NCBI RefSeq assembly: GCF_036321535.1 | Contig: NC_087437.1 | Span: 99,574,001 to 99,638,000 of the forward strand | Reading direction: 5' to 3' | Length of the DNA: 64,000 bases | From: Camelus dromedarius | Lineage: Eukaryota | Shown here: piece by piece, positions 25,566 through 38,700 of the stretch | Position numbering within the stretch: the first letter of the stretch is position 1 | How the letters are laid out: every line of letters starts with the position of its first letter | Translations under genes and position numbers: made by a program | Notes under the pieces: model-generated | Database searches by the model: none | What the model was told of the DNA's origin: nothing | Seen by the model: only the letters and a program-made list of their open reading frames with translations

Positions 25566-27009
25566 AACCCCTCCTCCACTTCTCAAATATTTTGAAGTAA
25601 ATACATCTCCAAATTTAAATAAATAAAAATGTTTGTCATTATAGGATTAAAACCTCCCAAGTGGATTTATAAGCCCAGAAAATATAAAAGAGGTAGGAGG
25701 AGGATTTGAGTTACTTAAACACATTTGTTCACTCTTTCCTCAGAGAGGCAAACGATTATAAGATTTTACCAGTGCAAAATCTTTTCTGTATTTTAGAACC
25801 TGCAGAAAGGTCTTATGAAAACAAATGATTCAGTGTTATTCTTTTGATCCTCCTTGGGACTTTTTTCTCTTGTTTTTTTTTCCTGATCTCAAGAAAACTT
25901 CTAACAATCAATGCATCTTCATCACTTTTCCTACCTAATTTATCTGCATCGTATGACAATATAACTGAATATTCATTCATTAAAACAACAGACTAAATTA
26001 ACTGTATTTAATTTCATGACTCAAACTCTCAAAACTTCTATTCTTGTCATAATACTTTTAATGCAAGTGACATTTGGCCCAAATATGAGTTCTCATGATA
26101 ACTATTAAGTGCGAACTTTCACTTTCTGCCTAAACTCTTTTTCAACTAACCTGAGTTAATATAGATTAGAACAGAAAGTAGGTTATACCCCTAGTAAGGA
26201 AAAAAATCTGATAATGAATCCAAACTTGTAATTTTCCATTACAATACTGAGTTGTAAATGCTCTTTAAATACATGCAGTGCAGTCCACTAGGATAATTAT
26301 ATGGTTTTTATGAATTTTCTAGATGTCTAATTTGCCTTAAATGAAACTTTATTACAGATTAATGAATATTAAAAAATGAAACATCAAGCAACACTATATA
26401 TATTTTAAGTAAATAAAAATTTATTTAATTGTAAAATGGATGTTTTGTTTGAAAATCTTTAAGAATCCTGTGTACTATTTGTGACTTACAAAAAAAGTTT
26501 CACCCAAATTTATATGCAAATATTAATTAAATTTACATCTCCATTTCAAATTGTCATTTAAGATAGGTATACAGAGTTTTGTGGAACCTGAGATTCACAG
26601 ACATTTTAAGTTAGGGCAATCCTGTTTAATAATACATGCAGTCCCATTATTCTTTATAGATTTAATTTGATCTTTGGAGAAATTATTAACAAGTTGATTC
26701 AACTGTATTTGAAAGGAATAAATTTTAATTGTGAAGATTCAAAATTGTATACAGAAATCTATAAGAAAATACTTTAAAACTATGCCTATTGTTGTTGAAA
26801 TAATCATAAAAGACATCACTTGGTATGTTTATTTACTATGTTAATAATATTGGATGACAGTCTAATTTAATTTAAAGTCTTACTGATTCACTTTTTTAGA
26901 CCTTATGACAAAACAGAGCTCTAAATGTTCCTCACATTTCTCATGTTTTCTGCATAAAGCAAACAGTCCAGAAAATCAGAATTCACTAAACTGAAAACTA
27001 TTTGATTTC

Positions 27010-27162
27010 ACTTATTTTTATAACTTTTTAAAAAATTGAAGTATAGTTAATTTACAGTGTTGTATTAGTTTCAGGTATACAGCAAAGGGATTCAGTTATA
27101 CATACATAGGGAATTATGTTCAATATTTTGTAAATAGCCTATAATGCTTTTACTTATCTTTA
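27010..27162 (-). mobile_element. Short 5'-inverted (twin-primed) L1 insertion with ~11-bp TSD
   Basis: Antisense L1 tail at 27025-27104 is fused to a sense L1 segment at 27105-27146. Flanks are ACTTATTTTTA (27010-27020) and ACTTATCTTTA (27152-27162). Confidence 0.7.
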
Positions 27163-27424
27163 GTGAATTTTATCCCCCCTCAAAAAGGAAAAAAAAAACA
27201 TCTAGTGGTCTAAACAAGACTAAAAAATCTTCAATACAATTATACTGGAAAAGTAATTTTATATTCTGTCTCCACCTCTCTCTACTACTCCCATTGTGGG
27301 CAGGGGAGAGGGGAGAAAAAGGAGGGAGAGAGACACAGACAGAGACAGACAGACAGAAAGAGAGGGAGAAATTTGAAGGAAAAAAAATGCAAGCTAAAGA
27401 TTTGCTTTGAAAAAAAAAAAAAAA

Positions 27425-27640
27425 CAGCATGCTTAGTGAAAAACACTAGCCCTGGATAAGAATCAGATGACCTGGGTTCCTGGGTTTTATATCCCGGATA
27501 TGTTACTTTAAGCAAGTATATTAATCACTCTGACCTTCAGTTCACTGGTGTGTAGATGAGAGTAATAATACCTGCTTTGCTTAATTTTTAAAGATGTGAT
27601 GATTATCAAATGATATATGTAAAACATAGCATCATATAAA
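27425..27640 (+). mobile_element. MIR SINE
   Basis: gaatcagatgacctgggttc...agcaagtatattaatcactctgaccttcagttc...gtaataatacctgc, MIR core. Confidence 0.7.
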
Positions 27641-27749
27641 CTTATAATAATGGTAGCAGCATTGATGTTTATAAGAAATACTGCTAGGAAATATTGCTAG
27701 ATAGCTTTATGTTATTTTCAATTGAGCATAAAGTTCTGAGGCTTAAAAA

Positions 27750-27915
27750 TGACTATGATAGCTAACATTATCTAATGCTCATTATGTATAGACGTGTTCT
27801 AATACTTTATTTAATCCTTTCGACAAGCTAATGGAGTAATTATTATCTTTATTCCTTATGCAAAGAAGAGGAAAGTGAACAGAGGTTGATTGAATGACTT
27901 TACCCAGGGTCACAG
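27750..27915 (-). mobile_element. MIR SINE
   Basis: atagctaacattatctaatgctcattatg...atttaatcct...gaggaaagtga...cccagggtcacag. Confidence 0.65.
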
Positions 27916-29939
27916 TACCAAAGGGGCCTCAGATTATCTGGTCTGTCCTGTCTCAGTAAGGCAGTATCTTCTGTAGGATCCATCCACACACTTTTCCAGC
28001 CTCTGTTGAAATGTATCTGAATAAAGGAGATGGGGCATGTGGATGTGTTCACTGTGGTGAGGAGACTTCCGCCCATGGCAGCTCCTCAGTCTTTAAAACA
28101 CACTTCCTTGAATCAAGTTGATACTTACTTCCCTATCACTAGCAAGCATAAATAACTAGAACCGTAGAAAGAAAATGACTCCAATAATTCACTATTCCTA
28201 CTAAAATAAAGGAATTTCAATAATAATTTTGACAAATGATAGTCAAGGGAGTAGGAGGGGTCAAGTTCTAAAATAAATACTTAAATATCATGATAGGACC
28301 TTACAAATGCATTGTTAGATGCGTGTTGTTATGTATATGGGGAAAGGCATTTTGTAGTATAATCTAAGCAATAAACCTTTTGAAATGAAACATATTGACC
28401 ATGCTTGCTCAACATATGTAGGAAATTCTTGCATATACACATGCACGTGTTAACATTTCAGACGCTCAGATGGAACAGTTAAATAGATCCAATCTCCACA
28501 CCCTGGAAATCTTTCTCCTATGAACCACCATTATCAAATTCAAACAACGGCAGTTAAACATGGTGATCACTGAAGCACTGTTTGTGAAATGAATAAACCA
28601 AATGAAATTAAATAGTCAACTCTGAACCCAACTCTGATTACAGCCTAAGCTGTGTTTTCTAAAGCAAGTTTTAAGTCGTTAGATTATTTTTAACCAAAGC
28701 ATATATTCGGCACATAGAAATACTACTTTTAGTTTTGTTGATCTTACTCCTCTTTTCTGTCTTAGAATAACAAATAGTAAGATGTTTCTGTTCTTTGAAA
28801 TTTAAAACATTATAATACAAAGGACAGTTTTCATTATTAACTGTTAGTAAAAACCCTACACACACCCACACACACACATTTTTCTCTTTTCATACCATTT
28901 CCTATTTTCAAATAAGAAAACATGCATTTGAACAAACAGTGCATGGTATTTGCTCATTAGAAGTCAATTTCAAAATTATTTTTGAAAATAGTCAAGGTAT
29001 GTAATCTACCTTGTAGCATACTTGAACTATTTACTCAAACCAAATATGCAAATAACAATGATTTTATTCATGCACATTCATTACACCTGAAATTCATCTT
29101 TTTCTTTTCCATCTTTGGCACTGTGTTGGGTATATGTTATTGCCTGTGGACTAAAATAGATACTGCACCAAACGCTAACTTCTTTTGGTGCCTTCTAGAC
29201 ACCATCACGCTGAATGCCAGACAAGCTTTTGCAATACACATCCTATCAGGCATATGATTTTTGTAATATTTAAAGCACAGAATGAATTTTGAAATACGTC
29301 CCAGAATTCTTAATGTCGATACTTTTACTTAACCATCAGTGTCTAGGTGCACAGCAAACTCTTCTAGATTTTGTTTTCACCCCTTCGCCCTTTACACCTG
29401 TTCTCAGTCACAGTCCACTTGTATTAAAGCTACGTATGCCAACTGTCACAACGTCTTGGAAGAAAACCGTTTGGTCTTATGTTAAAAAACTTTTTGACCT
29501 GTTTTATTATTTCTACAAGATTTTAAGCTTTTCAAAGACGTAGTATTATTTCTTGCAGAGCATCTTGCACATATGCAGTTCTCAGTATTTATCAATTATT
29601 AAAGGAGTAATGGAAACTTTGAGACTATTTTAAGGCCCTGATTATCTGTTTTTATTTTTGCCACAGCAGATTAACTTCAGTAAATAAAAGGTTGACACAG
29701 ACCCTGATCAATAGACCATAGACATCCCTACAAAAAAAGAAAAGTAAATGACGTCACTGAAACTCAAATTATAAAAAATATACAATATAACATGCACTAT
29801 AAAGTACATAAAAGTGTAAACAACATGTAGTTTAGGGATAAATAATCAAATTATATTCTTTGGAAAACTATATTAACTTTACTCTAAGTGCAGTAGGCTA
29901 TCTAGGCACTGAATGCCGTGGCAAGTTAAGGGAGCACAT

Positions 29940-30745
29940 TTTTTAATAGATTTTATTTTTTACAGAAGTTTTAGGTTCACAGCAAAATAGAGAGGAAGGA
30001 AGATATGGAGATTTCCCACATGCTCCCAGTTCCCACGCATGCATGGCCTTCCCCATCACCAACATCCCCCATGAGAGGGGTAAGTTTGTTACAATTGATG
30101 AACCTACTTTAATACATCATTGTCACCCAAAGTCCATGAAGTCTGTCACCATTCTAGGATTTAGGCAGTTTCACTGGCCTGAAAATCCTCTGTGCTCTGC
30201 CTAATCACTCTCCCTTCCCGCTAACCTGCTGCTGTAAACAGAAGTGTGTAGGTTGCTGTGTAGAGAAAAGTGTTTTCAGCTTCTTTGAGTAAATATCAAG
30301 GAGTGTGGTTGCTGGATCATGTGGTAAGAGTATGTTTAATTTTTTGAGAAGCTGCCAAACTGTCTTCCAAAGTGCTGTACCATTTTGTATTCTCACAGTA
30401 ATGAATGTGAGGTCCTGTTGCTCCACACCCTTGTCAGCACTTGGTACTGTCAGTGCTTCAAATTTTGGCCATTCTAGTAAGTGTGTACTAGTATCTCATT
30501 TCTGTTTCAACTTGCATTTCCCTGAGAAGACTGATGTAGAATGTCTTTTTATATGCTTATTTGCCATCTGTATGTCTTCCTTGGTGAGCTTTCTGTTAAT
30601 GTTTTTGGCTCACTGTTTGATCAGATTATTTGTTTTCTTATTGTTCAACTTAAAGAGTTTCTTTGTATATCTTGGATAATTGTCCCTTATGAGATCTTTT
30701 GCAAATCTTTTCTCCCAGTCTGTGGCTTGTCTTTTCATTCTGTTG
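29940..30745 (-). mobile_element. L1MB/MC-type 3' fragment with internal deletion
   Basis: aagttttaggttcacagcaaaat...gctggatcatgtggtaagagtatgtttaattttttgagaagctgccaaactgtcttccaaagtg...atctttttctcccagtctgtggcttg. Confidence 0.85.
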
Positions 30746-33700
30746 CTTTTTGTGTGTGTGTGTGTGTGAATGACTATCTTGCTCTATTACAGAACTGGGA
30801 CACTATATTCAACCAGAGTTTAATAATCAACACCTGTAATAATGACACCAAGAGAACTATATATACCTAGAAACCTAAAATTATGAGAATATATTCCTTT
30901 TAGTAAATAAAATATGCAATGTATTCTAAATGCATATTTATGCTTAAAAATTATTTTCCTATTATAGAATAAAGTTCTATTAGTGAAAAATAATTTGTGG
31001 GATATTCCGTTCTCTGATAATATAATATAAAATATATAGTCCTGTAATGTTTTTATAGCTAAGGAATTGAGGAACAATAGAAGAAAGACTTGATTAAAGT
31101 GGGTTCAATACATGTACAAATCACTTGCATTTTTTAAAGTTACACATGGTGTTTTGTGAAATTAAAAATGCTCTTAATTCATGAAGTTAACAGGAATAAA
31201 ATTATTCTTGCATTACTTACAAAATGAAGGTTCTTTATAAACAAAAACCAATGTTGTCACTCATACACTCATACTAGTATGCTAATAGAAAAAAGATTGC
31301 ATGCAAAATATGAACAGTGAGTTCTTTGTGTAGCCCATTAGATGATTCCAAATGTAAGCATCCCAAGGAATTTTTATTTGGTTCTAGAGAGATAAAGAAG
31401 ATGTAAAAACTGATGTAGTTGGGCCAATGGCCATCAATATGGGACTAATCTGAAGCATTCCCATTATAAATCTGGAATAAATTTAACACAATTGACTACA
31501 GATGGCAGTGTATGAATAAGCCATGTTTTACTAATTCTGCCCACTCTTGTTCAACCACACTCCTTTTAAGGAGAATCTGTCATCACACACACAGAGCAGA
31601 TATGTGAACCTAGAGGATGACGCTGCACCAGCATAACAGCAAGTTAGTGGGGAGGTTGAGGGCAATTTTATCTGAAATCAAAATTATTTTGATGTATCAG
31701 CAATTGACAGTACATGCATGAGGGTGAAGTCAGGTCACATGTGACTTTTCAAAAGTAGACTATGCTAGCCATAATTGAGAACAGACAGTGGAAAAAGATG
31801 TGGTGAACAGAGAACCGAGGTGCAGTTCCTTATGTACAGTTAGATACTTAAATACATTGTAGAATGGATTGCGTCTGCCTTTCTGGGATGATGTTAATGA
31901 ATAATTATTCTCTTTTGATTCATCAAGCATTCTTGCATTACACTTGGACGTCACTTGAGCATATTCATTTGGCTGCAGAAAAACATTCATATCAAATAAT
32001 CCAGTTGCTAATAAGATATAATGATCAGGTGTTCCCAGTTGAGTGGCAGGCCCTTCCCAGCAGCACTCCCAATATTGCCTCAGTCCTGGGATTGGGTTTT
32101 GAATGAATACTTTTGACTCATGCTCTGTATATTTCCAAAGGCTATACCACTTATTTCTGGGGATGCAATTGGTGAATCCATGTGGATATTTGATATCAAG
32201 TAGAGAGAGCCTTTGTAAGTGTGTCCTATTAAGTAGAAAGGAAAGTCTTGCCTATTTATGACTTTGTTGCTTAACTCTTCTAATAAAAACTTCCACTTTG
32301 CTAAACATATGTTCCTATAGCCCTTCATTTCCATAAAATCTGAAATTAGTTAACATATAAGTCATAGCTACTAAGTGGGCAAGAAAGATGCCAGGCTTCT
32401 AAGATTACCATACTTAACATGTGAGCCTCACTTGTATGTGAGCCAGGAAATCAAGTATCATGCATATTTAAGATAAATGCTCTTCTTAAAAAAGTCAAAT
32501 TAATAAGACAACTAACAATTTTACAAGACTGCAACATTTTTAACTACCCAAATTTATTCATTTTAAACTTAATATGACTCATCTTCTCCAATTCTTAATA
32601 TAGTGCTAGAAATGATTAAAAATTCCATGCAAGGAGAGCATTTATGATGTACACTGAATTTATGGGCTTGATTTTTTTTTCTTAATCTGAAATCAATTCA
32701 TTTAAGGCACTTATAATCTGGTTTATATGTTTCCAGGGAGGTGATCTTTGTCCCCCAAATTCTGAAACTAACCAAAGCCTGAAAGAATCTGCTAATTACT
32801 TGTGGACCAGATCTCTAGATCTGAGAAGGTCCAGATATCCAAAAGCAGCAAAAGAGGCATTTTTAAAATTACTTAGAAAAGATTCATATACCGAGAATTG
32901 CGTATTATTTAGTTTCTCTGTTTTGGAAAAATAACAGTTGAAATGTACCATTCCATAGTTAGTGCAAAAGCAATGGTTAAAAAACTCTAAGCCATTTAAA
33001 ACACCAATGTTACCACACTTAAAAACAACTCTCTTTTTCCCAATGTGTATGTGTTATGCCAGCAAAGATAACCATACATGTATGAACTTCACGCTCATTA
33101 AAGCTGAATTAGAGAAGTCTTAGAATCATCAATTAAATCAATTCACAAAAATTGCTTAGTACCAGACCTATAATTTGAGAGTGCTCAATAAATGTTCTGT
33201 ATTCAAATCTGTTGAAGGATTTTAACAAGACTTTTAGGTACACATATTAACTCATATCAGTAATGATGACACCTCATTGTACTTTACGGTCAATGTTTTG
33301 AGAAATCACTTTTACTTAGAAATTCTCATTTCAATTGAAATGTTTTCATCACCTCCCACCTGATACAAAGATAATGGATGGTCATAATTTCTTAATAAGT
33401 CTTAATGTTGATTTGATCATAAGGGTAAAATTAATAAGCAACTTAATTTTCTGCATTATTTGAAGTCAGTTAATTTTTTTAAAGGCTTTGTTCTCTGTCT
33501 GTTCATTCTCATTTTCTAAAGAAAGTCAGACAATATGGTCTGAAGACTCCAGAATGTTCTTCATTTATCTGATTTAATAATTGTGTTTTAATGTGTCTTT
33601 AAGCATTTTTTGTGGAAAAATCTTATTTTTTATGAAAATTATAATTGCATTAGAAGCCTTCTCCTAACTCACATGGCCTAAATGGAGTATTTTGACTTCA

Positions 33701-33808
33701 AGAATATACAAGTTGTTACTTACTGTCCTTACTCCCATCTAGGCTTTGCTTTTAAATTTCTTGTTGTGCTTAATGTGGCTTTATTTTTTTCTGACTTAGG
33801 TTTAATTT

Positions 33809-34171
33809 TGTTATAAGATAATTTGAGGCATATTAAACATTTGAAGATTAATTGGAGCAAAAATTGATTTGAATCTGGCAGTGCCAAACTGAAAGTGGTT
33901 GGGTGCTTTCAAAAGGGCTTCACATCAGGAACTAGGGGATAGACTTCACAGAGAATACACAGGAGCAAAACCAGGAAGTTACTTGATTGGTCATAGCTTA
34001 ATTTGTTGCCTAAATTGGGAAAGGCTAGTTGGCTATTTGTGATTGGTTGTCCTTAGGTTTCAATTTCTTAACCTTGAGGCATTTCAGGCTTAGGTTGTAG
34101 CTTACTTGCAAAGGCTACGAAGGCTTTAAAGCCGCCTCATCTAATACCCTCTTTGTTTAATTCCTTTAACC
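33809..34171. mobile_element. Probable ERV1-type solo LTR
   Basis: Starts TGTTA and ends ...ttcctttaacC (decayed CA), with ATTT on both sides (33805-33808, 34172-34175). Repeated gattgg (CCAAT) boxes. Confidence 0.55.
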
Positions 34172-34282
34172 ATTTCAGTTTACTTTTTATTGTCATGAGC
34201 TACATTTTTTCTGCTTTTTACTACTTTTACATTTCTACTCATCATTACCTACACCCCCTCCCACCAACCACCACCATGCAAG

Positions 34283-34760
34283 TGTCAAGGAGGAGGATAA
34301 ACTTCCCTCTACCCTTCTAGGTTCTTCTGGGTACTCTAAGAATTACATTAACATGAGAAAGATTAACAGGAGAAAATAAAATGAATTTTGTATGTAGAGA
34401 ACCCCACATGCATGCGAAGTTCAAAGACAAAAAGGGAAAATAAGGTATGTATTACATCCTGAGCTAAGGGATGGGATGAGGACATGGGCTTCTAAGGTCA
34501 GGAGGGTCATTCACAGGATGATGAGAAGAGCAGATGTTTGATAATTAGAGGTTTGCTCTGCCGTGTAAGTGGGGCCACTAAGATAGCACTTACCTGTAAT
34601 AACTCTTTTGGAAAAACCTCCCCAGTTTAAATTGTTTTAGGAAGTTAAGGGAGGCATAATCGTTTCTCTTGAGCCACCAGGTTGTCATTTGCCATTAGCT
34701 CAAAGTAATCGACATGCCAGAGTGGTACATCTTGGGGAGGGTCTTTTCTGAACTCCTGCA
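34283..34760 (-). mobile_element. ERV1-type solo LTR with 4-bp TSD
   Basis: TG...CA termini flanked by CAAG (34279-34282 and 34761-34764). Motifs agattaacaggagaaaa and gccattagctcaaagtaatc...atgccagagtggtacatcttgggg...ttctgaactcctgca. Confidence 0.75.
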
Positions 34761-35217
34761 CAAGTAATACCTATAACCACACCTGCCATGCTGTTTCTAA
34801 TAGCCCTTTTACTTATCTTTTTAAACATTTTCTGATTAAATAAATTTGAACCTTTCAAATAGTTTGCTTCATGTAATGTCTTCTTTTAAAGATTCTCAAA
34901 GTATGCATCATCAGAGAGGCCCTGTAGAAGGAAGCATTATTTCTCACTAAAATTACGAAGAAAATTAAACAAATGATAGTATTGGGAGAAGATACCTTTA
35001 TTCGATTTTCTACTCTGTCCCAAACTCAACATTTTAACAGTAAAACTTCTATTTGTATTCCTTGGCAACACGAGAAAGGAAAACATAGATGGTAGGACAG
35101 CGAGGGAGAATTCTTAAATGTAAGCAGTTAGCATCTTTTGAAATATAAAAGATGTTCAAGAAGAAAACAAAACTGAAACATGAGGCAACAGAAGATTTTT
35201 TAAAATGTAATTTAGCT

Positions 35218-35530
35218 CAGAGGTCAACAAACTAATAGTTGGTGGGCCAACTCCGGGACCTATTTTTGTACACTCTACTTGCTAAGAATTGCTTTTGCAT
35301 TTATTCATGTTGGAAAAACAGACATATTATTTTGTACGTGAAAATTGATGAATTAAAATTGTGTTGTCCATAATAAAGTTTTATTGGAACACTACCACAT
35401 TCTTTATGTATTATCTGGACTGTTTTCGTACTGCAAAGCAGAGTCAAGAAGCTGCGGCATAGACCATATGACATACAGCACCTACGACATTTAATATCTG
35501 GCCCTTTACAGAAAAGTCTGCTGACCCCTG
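35218..35530. mobile_element. MER58-family hAT-Charlie MITE
   Basis: TIRs cagaggtcaacaaact / agtctgctgacccctg, degenerate 8-bp TSD atttagct / atttagaa, and internal aataaagttttattggaacac. Confidence 0.88.
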
Positions 35531-35726
35531 ATTTAGAACATTTCCTCAAGCTAATTTTCCTAGCTCATGAAATCCTTGTTTATTAACTAGCACTCTGGAA
35601 TTTCAAGTCCAAATGAACCAATAGGCAGCTAGTTTGTTCAGATTTTTCCAGGAGAGTTTTCTTTACAATCACACAAGGACAGTATAAGCAGCCAGTTAAA
35701 AGCAGTTGCCTTAGTGTATTTGTTAC

Positions 35727-38700
35727 TTAAAAAAAATTAAACCATGTATGTTGAGATAACTCACATGCAGTTTTAAGACATACTACAAAGAGATACCAAG
35801 TATTATGTACCCAATTAGCACTTAAAAACAGTAGAACAATATCACAACCTAGATATGGAATGTGGATACAGTCAAGACAGAATACTTTAATCGCCATAAA
35901 GGATTCTTCATGTTGCTCTTGTATACCTGCACTGCTTCCCTCCCACTTCCATCCCACCTTAACATCTTAACTACTATTCTATTTTCCATTTCTATAATTT
36001 TATCATTTCAAAAATTTAGAAATGGGATCATCAAGAATTTAACCTTTGGGGACTGGCTGTTCTCATTCAGCATATCTCTTTAAATCACCCAGGTTATTGT
36101 GTGTATCAGTAGTCTGTTCCTCTTTATTGCTGAGTAGTATCCCACAGTATGGATGTATCAGTTTGTTTGACTACTTACCCACTGAAGAACATCTGGGTTG
36201 TTTCCAGTTTGGGGTTATTATGAAAAAAGCTGCTATAAACATTCATGTACAGGTTTTTGCATGAACATAAATTTTCATTTCTTTGGGATAAATGCCCAAG
36301 AGTGAAATTGCTGGGTCGTATGGTAAACATATGTTTGGTTTGTAAAAGAATGTGCCAAACTCTTTTCCAGCATTGCTGTGCCGTTTTACATTCCCATCAG
36401 CAATAATATGAGTGATCCAATACCTCACCAACATTTGATGTTGTCACTTTTTTTAGTTTTAGCTCTTCTAATAGAGGGGTAGTAATATGTCATTGTGGTT
36501 TTCATTTGCATTTTCCTAATGGCTAATAATGTTCAACATCTTTTAATGTGCTTATTTGTCATCTGTGTATCCTCATGGATAAAATGTCTCTTATCTTTTG
36601 CCCATTTCCATTTGTATTGTTTGATTTTTTTACTGGTGAGTTGTGAGATTTCTTTGTATCTTCTACATACTTGTCCTTTGTCATATATGTGGTTTGAAGA
36701 TACTTTCTTTCAATCTGTAGCTTGTCTTTTCATCCCCTCAGTGGAGACTTTATGGAACAAAAGTTTCTAATTTTGATGTTCAATCTGTCAGTTTTTCATT
36801 ATGGATTGTGATTTTGGTGTCAATTCTAGGAATTCTTTGCCCATGCCTAAATCCCAAAGAATTTGTTCTCTGCATTTTCTAGAAGTTTTATAGTTTTATG
36901 TTTAAATTAACATTTAAGTTAATTTTTAAGTAGGTTTTTTAGTTATTTTTAATTAATTAATTAATTAAAATAATATAAATAAATAAAACAAATAATAAAA
37001 TAGATTAATAAGTTACATCAATAAATTTTTAAAATTTTGAGTCAATGTGAGTTATACGTCAAAGTATTCTTTTCCCTTTTTTTTGGTTTGTGGATGTTTA
37101 ATTACTCCACTGTTATTTGTTGTTGAAAAGGCTGTCTTTCCTCCATCAAGTTGTTTTTTCATCTTTGTCAAAAATTGATTATGGATGTATATATGATCTA
37201 TTTCCAGATTCCCTCTTCTATTTCATTGATCGATGTTTCTGTTCCTTTGCCAATAACCACACAGTCTTGATTACAATCAAATAGTAATCTAATATTATGT
37301 TTATTATTAATAATATATTATCATATAGATTATATATCTATATGTTAAGTAATATATTATTACACAATACGTCTTGAAATTGGATAATTTTTCCCAACAT
37401 ATTTTTTTCCAACATTGTTTTAGCTATTCTAGTTCCTTTGCAATTCTATATAAAGTTTATAATCATTTAATCTATCTCTAGAAAAAATCTCTTTGGGATT
37501 TTGATAGGAATTACACTAAACCTACACATATTAATTTGGGAAGAATTAACATCTTTACTATGTTGAGACTTGCAATCTGTGAACATATGTTTCTCCAAAT
37601 CTCTTAGACTTCCTTCATCAGCATTTTTATAGTTTTCAGCATAAACATTTGGTACATTGTTTTTTGAACCTATACCTAAATATATAATTTTTGAGTGATG
37701 TTCATTACTGTTATATTTGTATCTATTTTTTTTAACTTTATTACCCTAGCTAGAATAGAACTTACAGCACTGTGTTGAATAAGGGTGGTGAGAATGAACA
37801 TCCTTGCCGTACTGCTGATTTTAGGGAACAGCTTTTAGTCTTTCACCATTGAGTATAATGTTGACTATAGGGAGGTTTTTTTGTGGAAGATCTTTATCAA
37901 ATTGAGGAAATTCCCTCTATTCCTAGTTGTCAACGCTTTTTCAATCGTGAATGGGGCCTGAATTTTGTCAACTGCATCTTCTGCATCCATTCATATTTTC
38001 ATGTGATCTTTCTTCTTTAGCCTGTAAATATGATAGATTATATTGACTGATTTTTGAATATTGCATCCCTGTAATAAACCTCAACTGTCATAACCTATAA
38101 TTCCTTTTATTTTATTAAGGATTTTAGGTCCATATTCTTGAGGGATATTAGTCTATACTTTTCTTTTTCTACTGTCTTTGGGTTTATTATCAAGATAACA
38201 TTTTCATAATATAAATTGGGAATTGCTCTCTATTCTATTTTCTCAAAAAAAATTTTAGAATTCGCAATAAGTCTGTTATAAATATTTGTTAGAATCATTC
38301 AACGAAACTGTCTAAGACTTGAGATTTCTCTTTGAGGGAGTTTTTAAATTATAAACTAGTCAATTTTTAAAATAGATATAGGGCTATCCCAGTGATCTAA
38401 TTTATATTGGATGAGTTGTGGTAATTTGTGTTTTTTAAGAATTGGTCTGTTTCATCTTATTTGTCTAGGTTCTATGTTTAGTGTTTGTGTAGTTTTCCAT
38501 TACTGTTTTTAGATGTCCGCAAGGGTCTGTAGTGACATATCTAATTTTATTATGAAATTGATCATTTGTGTCTTCTTTCTTTTTTATTTGTCAGTCTTGC
38601 TGGAGGTTTGCCAAGTTTATTAATCTTTCCAAAGAAACAACTCATGGATTCGTTGATCTTCCCTGTAATTTTTCTGTTTTCAGTTTTATTTATTTGTGTT

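Noticed and set aside
36945..37350. AT-rich palindromic patches ((TTAA)n; catatagat...atctatatg)
   Set aside because: Low-complexity expansions inside the old L1.
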